A stretch of DNA of 64,000 bases from the NCBI GenBank assembly GCA_963777605.1, contig CAVZRV010000030.1, positions 256,001-320,000 on the forward strand, in the 5' to 3' direction. Both the position numbers and the translations under genes were made by a program. Each line of letters starts with the position of its first letter. Positions within the stretch are counted from its first letter, which is position 1. Positions 43,771 through 53,533 of the stretch are shown here, piece after piece. Source of the DNA: an uncultured Acidobacteriota bacterium. Lineage in GTDB: Bacteria > Acidobacteriota > UBA6911 > RPQK01 > JAPXNP01. The notes beneath the pieces were generated by a model. That model was not told the DNA's origin and made no database searches. It worked only from the letters and a program-made list of their open reading frames with translations.

Positions 43771-44052
43771 CTAATCGCCGTCAGATTTCTTTCGGGTTTC
43801 GGCCAGGACGACGATCTCTTCCTTGAGAAAGGACTTAAGGCGCTGCTGTACGTCCATCGGAACGTCCACCTGCTGTTCCCGAAGTTGTTGAGTCATGGTG
43901 GTGGATTTCCGAAAACTCTGCACGAAATTGATGCAGGGTGCGCATCCTGAGAGATGTTCGTCCAACCGGCTCTCAACGTCGTGGGCCAGGTTTCCTTCAA
44001 GATAGTCGGTTAGTAGCTCAACGCATTCCTGGCATTTGAAGAAGTCTTTCAT
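43771..44052 (-). CDS. zf-HC2 anti-sigma factor
   Basis: HLSGCAPC (HxxxCxxC); overlaps the sigma stop. Confidence 0.88.
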   Translation of the reverse strand: MKDFFKCQECVELLTDYLEGNLAHDVESRLDEHLSGCAPCINFVQSFRKSTTMTQQLREQQVDVPMDVQQRLKSFLKEEIVVLAETRKKSDGD

Positions 44053-44651
44053 CGCCGATTCTCAAAATAGTGAGCAAGTTTCTCCCTGACAAAGAGCCGG
44101 GCCCGGTGGATCCGGGTTTTTGTCGTCGGCTCTTTGAGTCCAAGTAATGAGGAGATCTGCTTGATCGAATAGCCTTCGATGTCTTTGAGCACAAGGGGGA
44201 CCCGGTATTCAAAGGGGAGTGACTGAACGGCATCGTACAGTTCACCGGCCAGCTCTGAATTGAGGTACACCTCTTCAGGATCGACCGACCATCCATAGAT
44301 CGCATTTTCGAACTCGCCATCCCGGGAAAAGTTGGGCAGCAGGTCGTCGAGCTGAGTCGTTCTTTCCTGCTTTGACCGGTGTTTCCGGAGCCACATTATC
44401 CCGTTGTTGATTGCGATCCTCCTCATCCATGGCCATATGTCACTTTCCTCCCGAAAAGTTTCAATTTTTCTGATTATTTTCAGGAGAGTGTCCTGGAGAA
44501 TCTCCTCAGCGTCCGATGGATTCTTGGTGTAGTTGAGGATTACCCCGAACAGTGGACGGGAATAATGATCCACGAAATCGTCGATGACGTTCGCGTCAAG
44601 GGCCTTCAAGCCCTCTACTACCTGCTGCTGATCCAATTCCTTCGACTTCAT
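44049..44651 (-). CDS. ECF RNA polymerase sigma factor
   Basis: DAEEILQD, WMRRIAIN and TTKTRIHRAR. Confidence 0.92.
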   Translation of the reverse strand: MKSKELDQQQVVEGLKALDANVIDDFVDHYSRPLFGVILNYTKNPSDAEEILQDTLLKIIRKIETFREESDIWPWMRRIAINNGIMWLRKHRSKQERTTQLDDLLPNFSRDGEFENAIYGWSVDPEEVYLNSELAGELYDAVQSLPFEYRVPLVLKDIEGYSIKQISSLLGLKEPTTKTRIHRARLFVREKLAHYFENRR

Positions 44652-44758
44652 AAGGTCTTTTTCTTTTTTAACATACACCAATTAGCCCTCTTGTCCCACT
44701 CTCCGCGGAGACAAATTTTTGCCATCAATTCCTCGGCGTTGGTAGGATCAGGATAAAT

Positions 44759-47401
44759 ATGTTGAAGACTGGGAAATGGGTTGTGCCACTGGTTTGTGCC
44801 GCCTTCCTCTGGGGAGGCTGCGATCCGGGCAGTCGACTGCTCGGGCAACGGCTTCCAGAGTACTTTCGCTCCTACCAGGCATTCAAGGAAGCGAACAACC
44901 TGGTCCGGGCCGTCCACAAGAATCGCCTCACGGTATTGATCGAAGAACAGCCCAGTGGGGAACTGGCTCTTGTTGCCACCCATTTCAAAGTTGGCCGGCT
45001 TGACGATGCCAGAGGTCTTGCGCGGATCGTCGGGGGATTGGCTGAGCAGTCTCTGGCAGAGAGCCTGGAGTCTCTCGGAGCGATGGTTACCCTTGAGGTC
45101 GGTGATCACCTGACATCGGTGGTGTCAGTGATCTCTGCCCAGGATCTTGGTGAAGCCCTGCGCGCTCATGCCGCCCTTTTCTCGCTTTCCGAGAAAGGGT
45201 GGGAGTTCGAGGAAGAGAGGGTGAGTGACGCCCGGCAGGAGGAACGTAGTCTTCCGGCCTACGAGCGGCGACATGCCCTGTTTGAGCTGGTCCGATCTGC
45301 CACCGCGACGACACCCGACGATGTGACCGGAGAAGTCGTTCGGGATTTTATTCGGAATCAACTGCGACCCGAGAACAGCATCCTCACCGTGGTGGGGACG
45401 GTCCGCCGCGAGGTGGTTCTGCCCAGGGTGGCCCGGGAACTGGAAGACCTGAAAGTCCCGCCCGTGGAGCCGATCGAGATTAAAACCAAGGCGACCGAGC
45501 CCAAGCCGGAATTTCAGTATCGGGAAGTGCGGGCAGCAGTTGCTGCGCCTTCCGTTCTGGTCGGTTTTCCGGTCCCCGGAGACGCGGATCTCGAGGAGCC
45601 GGTACTGACGCTGGTTCGGTATATGATGACGGAAGGCTACGCGTCCCTGATATCCATTCCACGCGAAGGGGACAAGGGGCGTGCTCTGTTGGCCCGGTCC
45701 GGTACCGGGACCAACCGTGAAGGGGCGCTGCTCTGGTTCGAAATCGACACCGGGAAGGCGTCTCTCGAATCGGCAGAGACGCGCTTCTTCGTGGTCCTTC
45801 GCGCTCTTGCCGATGAGGACCCGCCCGAGGCGATCGTAAACAGGGGGAAGGCACTTATGCTGACCGACTGGTACGCTTCGCAGGAGACTCTCGAGGGACG
45901 AAGCGCGGCCTTGGCAAGGAGCGAAGTCAAGGGTGATTTCACTTCCCGAGACCGCTTTCCCGACCGGCTCAAGGCGATTACCGGTCGGCAGGTGCGTGAG
46001 GCCGTGCGCCGATACCTGACCGTCGATTCGGCTTCTGTTCTGGAGTATCTCCCGAACGAGTTTGAGTCCCGTACGTTCACGGCATCCGGTTTTCTGGAGA
46101 CGCTCAAGACGTTGGTTGCCGCCCAACTTCCCGAGGAGAAAGCTTTTCTGGTCAGCCTTGGCGCTGACGGCGAGGTTGGGCAGTTTCAGGTGCCCGCTCT
46201 GCCGGCAAGCTACGGGGAAGAGCCACTCCGGAAGAGCTCGGTCTTGCGCGGACCGATGATCCTTCTGAGGGAGCGGCACTTCCTGCCCCTCGTCCACTTC
46301 GGATTCTTCTACGTCGGCGGGCGGGTTTCGGAGACTCCGGAAAATGCCGGCCTTACTGAAGTCCTTACCCGTTCCGTGCTCGAGTACCGGATGAGGACGG
46401 CGCCACTGGAGATGCTCGCTCTCGAGGCCTCCGGGGCCCGGTTTGAGCCGATCGACGAAGAGGAGTTCTTCGGGATCCGGCTGACCGTGACCTCGAACAC
46501 TCTGGATCGGGTATTCGGTCATATCGTGAACTGGCTCAGGGAGGCGGCCGAGTTCTCCGAGAGCGATATCGATTGCGCCCGGCGCAGCTTTGCGATCGAT
46601 CTGGACGAACATTGCGGAGATTCCTGCCGAAACCGGATGGAGGCCCTTCAGGAGATCTTTGCCGATCAACTGTACGGGTTTACTGCTTTGGCTCTCTCCC
46701 GGCCCCTCCAGGCTTTCCGGCCCGAGCAACTCGCAGAATGGAGGGATCGTTTCACCGTGAAAACTCTCCCCGTATTTGTGGTGTCTGGAGACGTGAGCGG
46801 AACTTCGTTTCTCGAAGGTCTGGTGTCGCGGTTGAGCGATCCGAGCTTCTCTCAGGGGAAGCTCCCGAGCCTGAAAGCGCGCTATGCCGACAAGGAGCCG
46901 GTCACCCGGCGTTGGCGGGACAGGACTCTCCTCCTTTTCGAAGGGCCAAAGGCGGGGTCCGATTACGTGGAAATGCTCGACTTGGCTTCTCACCTGATGT
47001 CCGGCAGGTCGGGACGGGTGGAAGAGAAGCTGCGTGCCGAGAATCTTGGGTTTCACTTTGATATTCGGCAGAAGAGCTTAAGTGGGGGAGGCGTGGTCGA
47101 GATCGATGTCATCTCCGCCTCTGATCATCAGGATGAGGCAGTCAAGGCGGCCCTCGCGGCGATCAGGGATACTCGGGAGAGCACTGTGCCTCCCGCTCAG
47201 TTCAGGGGCGCGCAGGTGAAAACCATTCTTCGACTGCTGGCGCGGCAGCAGGATCCCGAGACATTCCTTTCGGACACGATGAGAGCTGTGCTTGCAGGCG
47301 AACCGGCGGACTACGCAACCCGATACCGACTCAACATCCGCCAGATGAGAATGGGCGAAGTGGAAATGGCAATCGACCGATACCTCGCGGAGGATCAATG
47401 A
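44759..47401 (+). CDS. M16 (insulinase) family peptidase homolog lacking HxxEH
   Basis: M16-like architecture (N.LTVLIEE, LRPENSILTVVG, V..AVRRYL, ETPENAGL). GLARIVGGL replaces GxAHxxEH. Confidence 0.7.
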   Translation: MLKTGKWVVPLVCAAFLWGGCDPGSRLLGQRLPEYFRSYQAFKEANNLVRAVHKNRLTVLIEEQPSGELALVATHFKVGRLDDARGLARIVGGLAEQSLAESLESLGAMVTLEVGDHLTSVVSVISAQDLGEALRAHAALFSLSEKGWEFEEERVSDARQEERSLPAYERRHALFELVRSATATTPDDVTGEVVRDFIRNQLRPENSILTVVGTVRREVVLPRVARELEDLKVPPVEPIEIKTKATEPKPEFQYREVRAAVAAPSVLVGFPVPGDADLEEPVLTLVRYMMTEGYASLISIPREGDKGRALLARSGTGTNREGALLWFEIDTGKASLESAETRFFVVLRALADEDPPEAIVNRGKALMLTDWYASQETLEGRSAALARSEVKGDFTSRDRFPDRLKAITGRQVREAVRRYLTVDSASVLEYLPNEFESRTFTASGFLETLKTLVAAQLPEEKAFLVSLGADGEVGQFQVPALPASYGEEPLRKSSVLRGPMILLRERHFLPLVHFGFFYVGGRVSETPENAGLTEVLTRSVLEYRMRTAPLEMLALEASGARFEPIDEEEFFGIRLTVTSNTLDRVFGHIVNWLREAAEFSESDIDCARRSFAIDLDEHCGDSCRNRMEALQEIFADQLYGFTALALSRPLQAFRPEQLAEWRDRFTVKTLPVFVVSGDVSGTSFLEGLVSRLSDPSFSQGKLPSLKARYADKEPVTRRWRDRTLLLFEGPKAGSDYVEMLDLASHLMSGRSGRVEEKLRAENLGFHFDIRQKSLSGGGVVEIDVISASDHQDEAVKAALAAIRDTRESTVPPAQFRGAQVKTILRLLARQQDPETFLSDTMRAVLAGEPADYATRYRLNIRQMRMGEVEMAIDRYLAEDQ

Positions 47402-48456
47402 AAGCACTGATCATGGCAGGAGGCCAGGGCACTCGGTTCTGGCCGCTCAGCCTGGAAGACCGACCCAAACAATTTCTTCATCTCACTGGAAGTCGTTCGA
47501 TGCTGCAGCAGACGATCGACCGATTGGCACCTTTGATGGAGCCGTCGGACGTGTTTGTCGTGGCCAGCGGGCGCTACGTTTCCGAAATTGAACGGCAGCT
47601 TCCCGAACTCGAGGTCGATCAGGTCATTGTTGAGCCGGCTCCTCGCAACACCGCACCCTGTATCGCACTTTCCCTGATGGAAATCAGAAATCGTTACCCT
47701 GACGAAATCATCACGGTTCTACCGGCCGACCACACGATTTCCGATATTCGGGGTTTTCACCGGGCGCTGTACGCCGCGGAAGTCCTCGCCAGAAAGGGCT
47801 GGTTGGTTACGTTTGGGATCCGTCCCGGATTTCCTTCGACCGGTTTTGGATATGTCAAGCGGGGCGAATCACTCGACCTGGACCTGGGCATCCCTGCGTT
47901 TCGGGTTGAACGCTTCACAGAGAAGCCCGATCTCGAATTGGCTCGGTCTTTTGTTTCCAGCGGGAATTACTTCTGGAACGGGGGCATGTTCGTGGGAGCG
48001 ATTGAGCGTTTCTGGGAAGAGCTCAAGCGGTGGATGCCCGACCTCGTGGATGCACTGGACAAGATGTCTTCGGCGACTGATCCAGGCGAGGCCGCCGAGA
48101 TTTTCATGGGGCTGGACAAAGTCTCGTTCGACTACGGGGTGATGGAGCGGACCTCCATGGCTGCGACCGTTGTCTGTGACATCGGCTGGAATGACCTGGG
48201 AAGCTGGAAGGCGGTCGGTGAAGTGCGCCAGGCAGACTCCCGGGGAATCGTCGCAGAAGGACCTATTGAGACGGTGGATTCCAGTGACTGTGTCGTAGTC
48301 GCTGACCCGAAGAAGTTGGTGGCTCTGGTCGGAGTGTCGAACCTGGCGGTTGTCGACACCGGCGAGGCGCTCCTGGTCTGCGACCTGGAGCGCACCGAAG
48401 AGGTCAGGGAAATCGTCAGACAACTCCGCGAGAAAAAGCTGGGGCACTATCTTTGA
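47398..48456 (+). CDS. manC: Mannose-1-phosphate guanylyltransferase
   Basis: MAGGQGTRFWPLS, PKQFL, RNTAPCI, FTEKPD and WNDLGSW. Confidence 0.95.
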   Translation: MKALIMAGGQGTRFWPLSLEDRPKQFLHLTGSRSMLQQTIDRLAPLMEPSDVFVVASGRYVSEIERQLPELEVDQVIVEPAPRNTAPCIALSLMEIRNRYPDEIITVLPADHTISDIRGFHRALYAAEVLARKGWLVTFGIRPGFPSTGFGYVKRGESLDLDLGIPAFRVERFTEKPDLELARSFVSSGNYFWNGGMFVGAIERFWEELKRWMPDLVDALDKMSSATDPGEAAEIFMGLDKVSFDYGVMERTSMAATVVCDIGWNDLGSWKAVGEVRQADSRGIVAEGPIETVDSSDCVVVADPKKLVALVGVSNLAVVDTGEALLVCDLERTEEVREIVRQLREKKLGHYL

Positions 48457-49836
48457 ATCACGGTATTTTTCGCGAATACGACATCCGTGGAACTGTCGAG
48501 AATGACCTGACGGCCGAGTCGGTTGAACGGCTCGGGTGGGCAATGGGCGCTTTTTATCGCCATCGGAAGTGTTTGACGATGGCGATTGGGCGCGACGCAA
48601 GGTCCAGCTCCGAAGGGCTCTTTCAGCAGCTGGTTCAAGGACTGGTGGGAAGTGGCCTGGAGGTAGTGGATATTGGGCTCTGTCCGACCCCCGCACTCTA
48701 TTTCGCCTCCATCCGGCTTGGTTCGGACTGCGCCGTGATGATTACCGGCAGCCATAACCCTCCGAAGTACAACGGCTTCAAGCTGGTTCTCCGTCAACTT
48801 CCGGTCTACGGAGCCGAGATTCAGGAAATTGGTCAAATCACCCTGCAGGGCAAGCGCCTGGAGGGACAGGGACGGCTTACGCATCAGGCGATTCTCGACG
48901 ATTACTGTGCGGCGCTCGTCGAACGACTATCTCCCGTGGCCCGGCCGATTCGGGTCGTAGTCGATGCCGGTAACGGAACAGGGGGCATGGTTGCGGAGCG
49001 GGTTTACTCGGCTCTGGGCTGCCGGATCGTCGCTCTCTACTGCGATGTGGACGGCCGCTTTCCCAATCACCACCCCGACCCCACCGTGACGGAGAATCTG
49101 ACCGACCTCATCCAAAGAGTGAGAAGCGAGAACGCCGACCTCGGAATCGCATTTGACGGGGACGCCGACCGGTTGGGGGCGGTTGACGAGAACGGATCGA
49201 TTCTGTGGGGGGACGATCTCCTGATTCTGTTTGCCCGGGAGGTCCTGAAGGCGCACCCCGGCACACCGGTCATCGGAGACGTGAAGTGCTCCGACCGGCT
49301 CTTTGAGGAGATTCGGGCGAGGGGCGGAGTGCCGATCATGTGGAAATCGGGCCACTCTCTGATCAAGGCCAAAATGCGAGAGGTGAAAGCCCTTTTGGCC
49401 GGAGAATGGAGCGCGCATTTCTGCTTTGCCGACCGTTTCTTTGGGTTTGACGACGGAGTGTACGCCGGTGGGCGCCTGATCGAGATCTGTTCGCAAGAAG
49501 CCGAAATGCGGACTTTCGAAATTGCTCGAGGGAGGCGAGCGTTACGCGACTCCGGAGTTCAGAATCGCCTGCCTCGAGGAATGCAAGTTCGAGGTTGTCC
49601 GTACTCTGAGTGAGTTCTTTTCCGCCCGGTACGATACCATTACACTGGATGGTGTAAGAGTGAATTTCGACGGTGGATGGGCCCTGGTCAGAGCATCGAA
49701 TACGCAGGCTGTTCTGGTGACCCGGTTTGAAGGTAGGACTCCTGAACAGAGAGATGAGATTCGTGCCCGGGTCGAAGGGAAACTCGCCGAGGTAATCAAT
49801 GATCTGAATTCGGGAGATGCTGGATGCATTACGTGA
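48453..49836 (+). CDS. algC: Phosphomannomutase/phosphoglucomutase, AlgC type (frameshift at about 49495-49510)
   Basis: IFREYDIRG, TGSHNP, FPNHHPDP and DGDADR. The C-terminal YATPE...DGVRV...LVRASNTQ lies in the +1 frame (ORF 49522-49836). Confidence 0.88.
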
Positions 49837-50639
49837 TGGTGGTCAGCGATGGAACGGGAGAGACTGCTTACCGTTTGTTGCGGGCGGCAGCCCGTCAATT
49901 TGACTCTGATGTCTTGATTACGCGTTATGCCAACGTCCGGGAAAGGGAACAGATAAGGGAAATCGTTCGCGCGGTCACCCGAAGCCGAAGCCGAAGCCTG
50001 ATCGTGCACACTTTCGCTTCACAGGAGCTCAGGGAATTCGTCGGCCGGGTGGCGGCCGAAGAAGGCGCCATGAGCGTCGACGTTTTCGGTCCGATACTCC
50101 AGGAGCTTTCTGTGTTCTTCGACAAGAAGCCGGTCTCCAAGCCCGGCCTTCTCCACCAGGTTGACGATGAATACTTTGATCGGGTGGAAGCCATCGAGTT
50201 TGCGATTCGCCATGACGACGGTACGCAACTCGACGACATCGAAAATGCCGATATCGTTCTTGTGGGAGTCTCCCGCACGTCCAAGACTCCCCTCAGCATT
50301 TACCTGGCGCAGGACGGATGGAGGGTGGCGAATATTCCTATCACCGTGGGAACCCGACTGCCGGGGAAAATCTTCGAGATTGACAAGCACAAGGTTGTCG
50401 GCCTGATTGTGAATCCTGAACGGCTTGCCGAGGCCCGCAAGGTGAGGCTGGAACAGCTCGGGGTTGAGGGGAGCAGCTACGCCGACGAGGAGAGGATCCG
50501 CGGAGAGATCGAGTACGCCCGCGCGATTTTCGACCAGAATCCGTCCTGGCCGGTCATTGACGTGACCGGGAAGTCGATCGAGGAAATCTCCCAGGAGGTT
50601 CTCGACGTCGTAATCGGCCGCGGGCGCAAGCTCCAGTAG
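49824..50639 (+). CDS. ppsR: PEP synthase/PPDK regulatory kinase-pyrophosphorylase (DUF299)
   Basis: VSDGTGETA, FAIRHDDG, GVSRTSKTPLSIYLA and KSIEE. Confidence 0.93.
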   Translation: MHYVMVVSDGTGETAYRLLRAAARQFDSDVLITRYANVREREQIREIVRAVTRSRSRSLIVHTFASQELREFVGRVAAEEGAMSVDVFGPILQELSVFFDKKPVSKPGLLHQVDDEYFDRVEAIEFAIRHDDGTQLDDIENADIVLVGVSRTSKTPLSIYLAQDGWRVANIPITVGTRLPGKIFEIDKHKVVGLIVNPERLAEARKVRLEQLGVEGSSYADEERIRGEIEYARAIFDQNPSWPVIDVTGKSIEEISQEVLDVVIGRGRKLQ

Positions 50640-50657
50640 CGGGAACGCAGGTCCGTC

Positions 50658-51512
50658 ATGGCTCTGATTTTTGCTTCCAAGTACGAGGCATACGGCAACG
50701 ACTACCTGGTTCTGGGTTCGGACCAGGTTTGCGAAACTTCCTGGCCCGGCCTGACCCGGGACATCTGTACGGCTCACTTCGGAGTTGGGGCGGACGGCTG
50801 TGTCTTCCTGACGATTGCCTCGGAGGGACCAGCCGGGTTCCGGATTCTCAACCCTGACGGATCCGAGGCCGGGATGTCCGGGAACGGGTCCCGGTGCGCG
50901 GCGGCTTTTCTTCACCACAAGAAGATCGTCACGTCTCCCGCCGTTGAACTCTCCACCCGGATGGGACCCAGAACGCTGGTTCGGGTCGAGAGCGGGGACG
51001 GAGTCTGGCAGTATCGAGCGTCGATGGGCGAACCTGCCTTTGCCGCCTCCGGAATCCCATTCCTGGCGAATTCCGCTGAGACTCTCGTCAGGAAGATGCC
51101 TCTAGAGCTTGGCGGGCGGACCGTCACCATCGACGCCCTCTCCGTGGGCAACCCGCAGTGCGTCCTGATTCGGGAGACGCTTCCCGGGGATGCGGAGTAT
51201 CAGGAGTTGGGTCCGGCCCTGTCAACCCACCCGAGGTTCCCCGAAGGGACGAATGTCAGTTTCGTACGGGTCCTGGACCGGCGGAAGATCCAGATTCGGA
51301 TCTGGGAGAGGGGAGTAGGTCCTACCCACTCGTCCGGAACGGGGTGTTGCGGGGCCGCCGTGGCGGCTCTCCGGGCCGGACTGGTTGACTCTCCGGTTGA
51401 AGTCATGACCGGCACGGGGGCGCAGACCGTCGAGTGGACGCCTGGAGCTGAGATCCACCTGTCCGGGGATGTCCGGTTTGTCGCCGACGTGCACTACCAC
51501 TGGCGGGGCTGA
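50658..51512 (+). CDS. dapF: Diaminopimelate epimerase-like protein (Cys-to-Ser variant)
   Basis: GND, FGVGADG, NPDGSEA.MSGNG, GNP, FPEGTNV and WERGVG.T.SSGTG. Confidence 0.85.
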   Translation: MALIFASKYEAYGNDYLVLGSDQVCETSWPGLTRDICTAHFGVGADGCVFLTIASEGPAGFRILNPDGSEAGMSGNGSRCAAAFLHHKKIVTSPAVELSTRMGPRTLVRVESGDGVWQYRASMGEPAFAASGIPFLANSAETLVRKMPLELGGRTVTIDALSVGNPQCVLIRETLPGDAEYQELGPALSTHPRFPEGTNVSFVRVLDRRKIQIRIWERGVGPTHSSGTGCCGAAVAALRAGLVDSPVEVMTGTGAQTVEWTPGAEIHLSGDVRFVADVHYHWRG

Positions 51513-52270
51513 CCTGAAACTTCATTTGGATGAGTTCCTGGTTCCTGGTTTCTAGTTCCTGGAGGGAGAGTAATCCAGGCAGCCGTGCCTGCTTTGGCGG
51601 CCGGGCAGCTTGCCCGGCGGAAGTGAACATTCTCAATCCAGGATTCTTGATTTCCGGTTTGTTTTGAAACAGTTCGCCACCGGGACTGAATCGCACTTTC
51701 AGTGCTGCATTGCCGTCTCGGTTCCCATTCCCGGGGCGTTGCTGCCGGGCTGCAAATGATCCTGCGCCGTTGGCGCGCTCATCTGGCGATGCTTCACCAG
51801 TTTCACTCTCTGAATGGTCCGGCGCCGCCGGGGGCCCGGCTGACTTGAAACTCAATTTGGATGAACTGGAAGAACTGGATGATTTGGACGCGTTTGGATG
51901 GGAATTGAGGCGATCGGTGGAGAGCCAGGGACGTGATTATCGGCTGGATCCTGGTTCCTGGTCCGGGGCCAGACGTGGATGAGTGATGATCACAGGATCG
52001 GCGCCGGGCCGGCCCCTGAAGGGGGCCTGTTTCCAGCCCAGGCATTTGCCTGGGTTCACGGCCCACCCATCAAGAATCCCGCCCTGAAAGGGCGGCACAG
52101 CTCTCCGGACGTGAAGAATCGGCGCGACCTTACAGGCCGCGATCGCCTTGCCGGGACCCCAGACCCAGGGCAAGCCCTGGGCTGAAACCAAGGCGCCAGC
52201 GCCAGGTCCAGTTTCACTCCTTGAATGATCCGGCGCGGCCGGTGGCCGCACTGACCTGGAATTTTGATCG
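51505..52270. repeat. Cluster of intergenic repeat modules (R2, partial R1, R4 palindromes)
   Basis: R2 at 51510-51620; CCAGTTTCACTC..TGAATG.TCCGGCGC at about 51797 and 52208; GCCCTGAAAGGGC, CCCAGGCATTTGCCTGGG and CCCAGGGCAAGCCCTGGG at 52010-52185. Confidence 0.75.
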
Positions 52271-52331
52271 GAGGCTTGAGTTTTTACCGCAGAGACAAGT
52301 CCCCGGGCATCAGCGGATCGGTGTCCGGTTC

Positions 52332-53498
52332 TCAGTTTGGCGGGTTTGGGGGAGCAGCGATCAGGAGGGCGAGCAGGGCTGTCCTCTCTGCCAGTCGGTC
52401 GATCCGGATGAACTCGTGTCGGGCGTGAGCGCCTCCGCCCACGGATCCAAGACCATCCAAAGTGGCGGCAAAGGGGCTGGTGAGGTTCCCATCCGAGGCC
52501 CCTCCCGACTCACACTCACCCAGTTCGATGTCGAGCAGCGTCGCGCAGGACCTCGCCTGTTCCCAGAGTCTGCGGTTCCGGGCCGTCGGTTCGAGCGGCG
52601 GTCGGTCAATGCCTCCTTCGACGTGGATTGCAGCGCCAGGTTGGTGGGGGACAAGCCCTCTGATGACGGTTTCTACCTTCCGTGCTTCCGACAGGGTGCT
52701 GGCCCGGACATCAACCTCGGCGACGGCTTCAGCGGGTACCACGTTGGGCCGGGTTCCCCCTCGCACGGTTCCGACCGTGACTGAGACACCCTTCTGGGAA
52801 TCGTTTAGTCCACTGACTTCCTGGATGATTCGGCTCATTTCGAAAATCGCGCTGACCCCGGATTCGGGTTCGAGACCGGCATGAGCCTCCCGACCGGTAA
52901 CCCGGATGGTGAATAGTCCAACCCCTTTTCGGGTGGTCTTGATGAGCCCCTCGGGACCGGAGGCCGGCTCGGGAATCAGAACGCGCACGACCCGGCGGGC
53001 GATCCACTGGATGTTGTACCGGGAATCCTCGCTGCCCAGTTCTTCATCAGAACTTACGTAGACGATCGGAGTCACCGGCAGTGGGATGCCCAGCTCCCGC
53101 AGAGCACGAAGGGCACCCAGGACCTGCGAGAGGCCGGCCTTCATATCGAACACGCCAGGGCCGCGGAGGATCGCGCCGTCGGTCTCCAGCGGCATCGTCT
53201 CCAGAGTTCCGGTAGGCCAGACCGTGTCGCAGTGTCCGAGAAGAAGCTGCCCGGGTGCCCCCCGGAGTCTTGTTCTGGGCAGCGCGAAGAGCCGTCCACC
53301 GCTGTGCCGGCCTCGCAGGATCGTCGCGCGGAAATCGAGGTCCTCCAGGAACTCGGCCAGAAGATTGAGAATCGGCCGTTGCGACCCGGGTTCGGTCGAG
53401 GGAGACTCCAGCCTGACGAGACTGCGCAACAGTTCCAGTTGTTCGTCGAGATGCCCGTGCAGGAAATTGCTGATCCTGTTCGCTGACTTTCGGTCCAT
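52332..53498 (-). CDS. M20 family metallopeptidase (glutamate carboxypeptidase-like)
   Basis: GHCDTVW, GPGVFDMKAG, SDEELGS, AHAG, GGASDGN and GAHA. Confidence 0.92.
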   Translation of the reverse strand: MDRKSANRISNFLHGHLDEQLELLRSLVRLESPSTEPGSQRPILNLLAEFLEDLDFRATILRGRHSGGRLFALPRTRLRGAPGQLLLGHCDTVWPTGTLETMPLETDGAILRGPGVFDMKAGLSQVLGALRALRELGIPLPVTPIVYVSSDEELGSEDSRYNIQWIARRVVRVLIPEPASGPEGLIKTTRKGVGLFTIRVTGREAHAGLEPESGVSAIFEMSRIIQEVSGLNDSQKGVSVTVGTVRGGTRPNVVPAEAVAEVDVRASTLSEARKVETVIRGLVPHQPGAAIHVEGGIDRPPLEPTARNRRLWEQARSCATLLDIELGECESGGASDGNLTSPFAATLDGLGSVGGGAHARHEFIRIDRLAERTALLALLIAAPPNPPN

Positions 53499-53533
53499 AC
53501 TCCCGCTTTCCGGTTGCCTCTACTCGATGCGAT

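Noticed and set aside
45125-47056. 643-aa minus-strand ORF (and similar long antisense ORFs at 2597-3907, 6944-8233 and 11274-12389)
   Set aside because: Antisense shadows of well-supported genes in GC-rich DNA; no recognisable motifs.
49980-49998. (CGAAGC)3 microsatellite in ppsR
   Set aside because: In-frame and only three units; no evidence of phase variation.
51710-52251. ORFs in the dapF-M20 intergenic region
   Set aside because: Low-complexity translations of repeat modules with no convincing RBS or motif.
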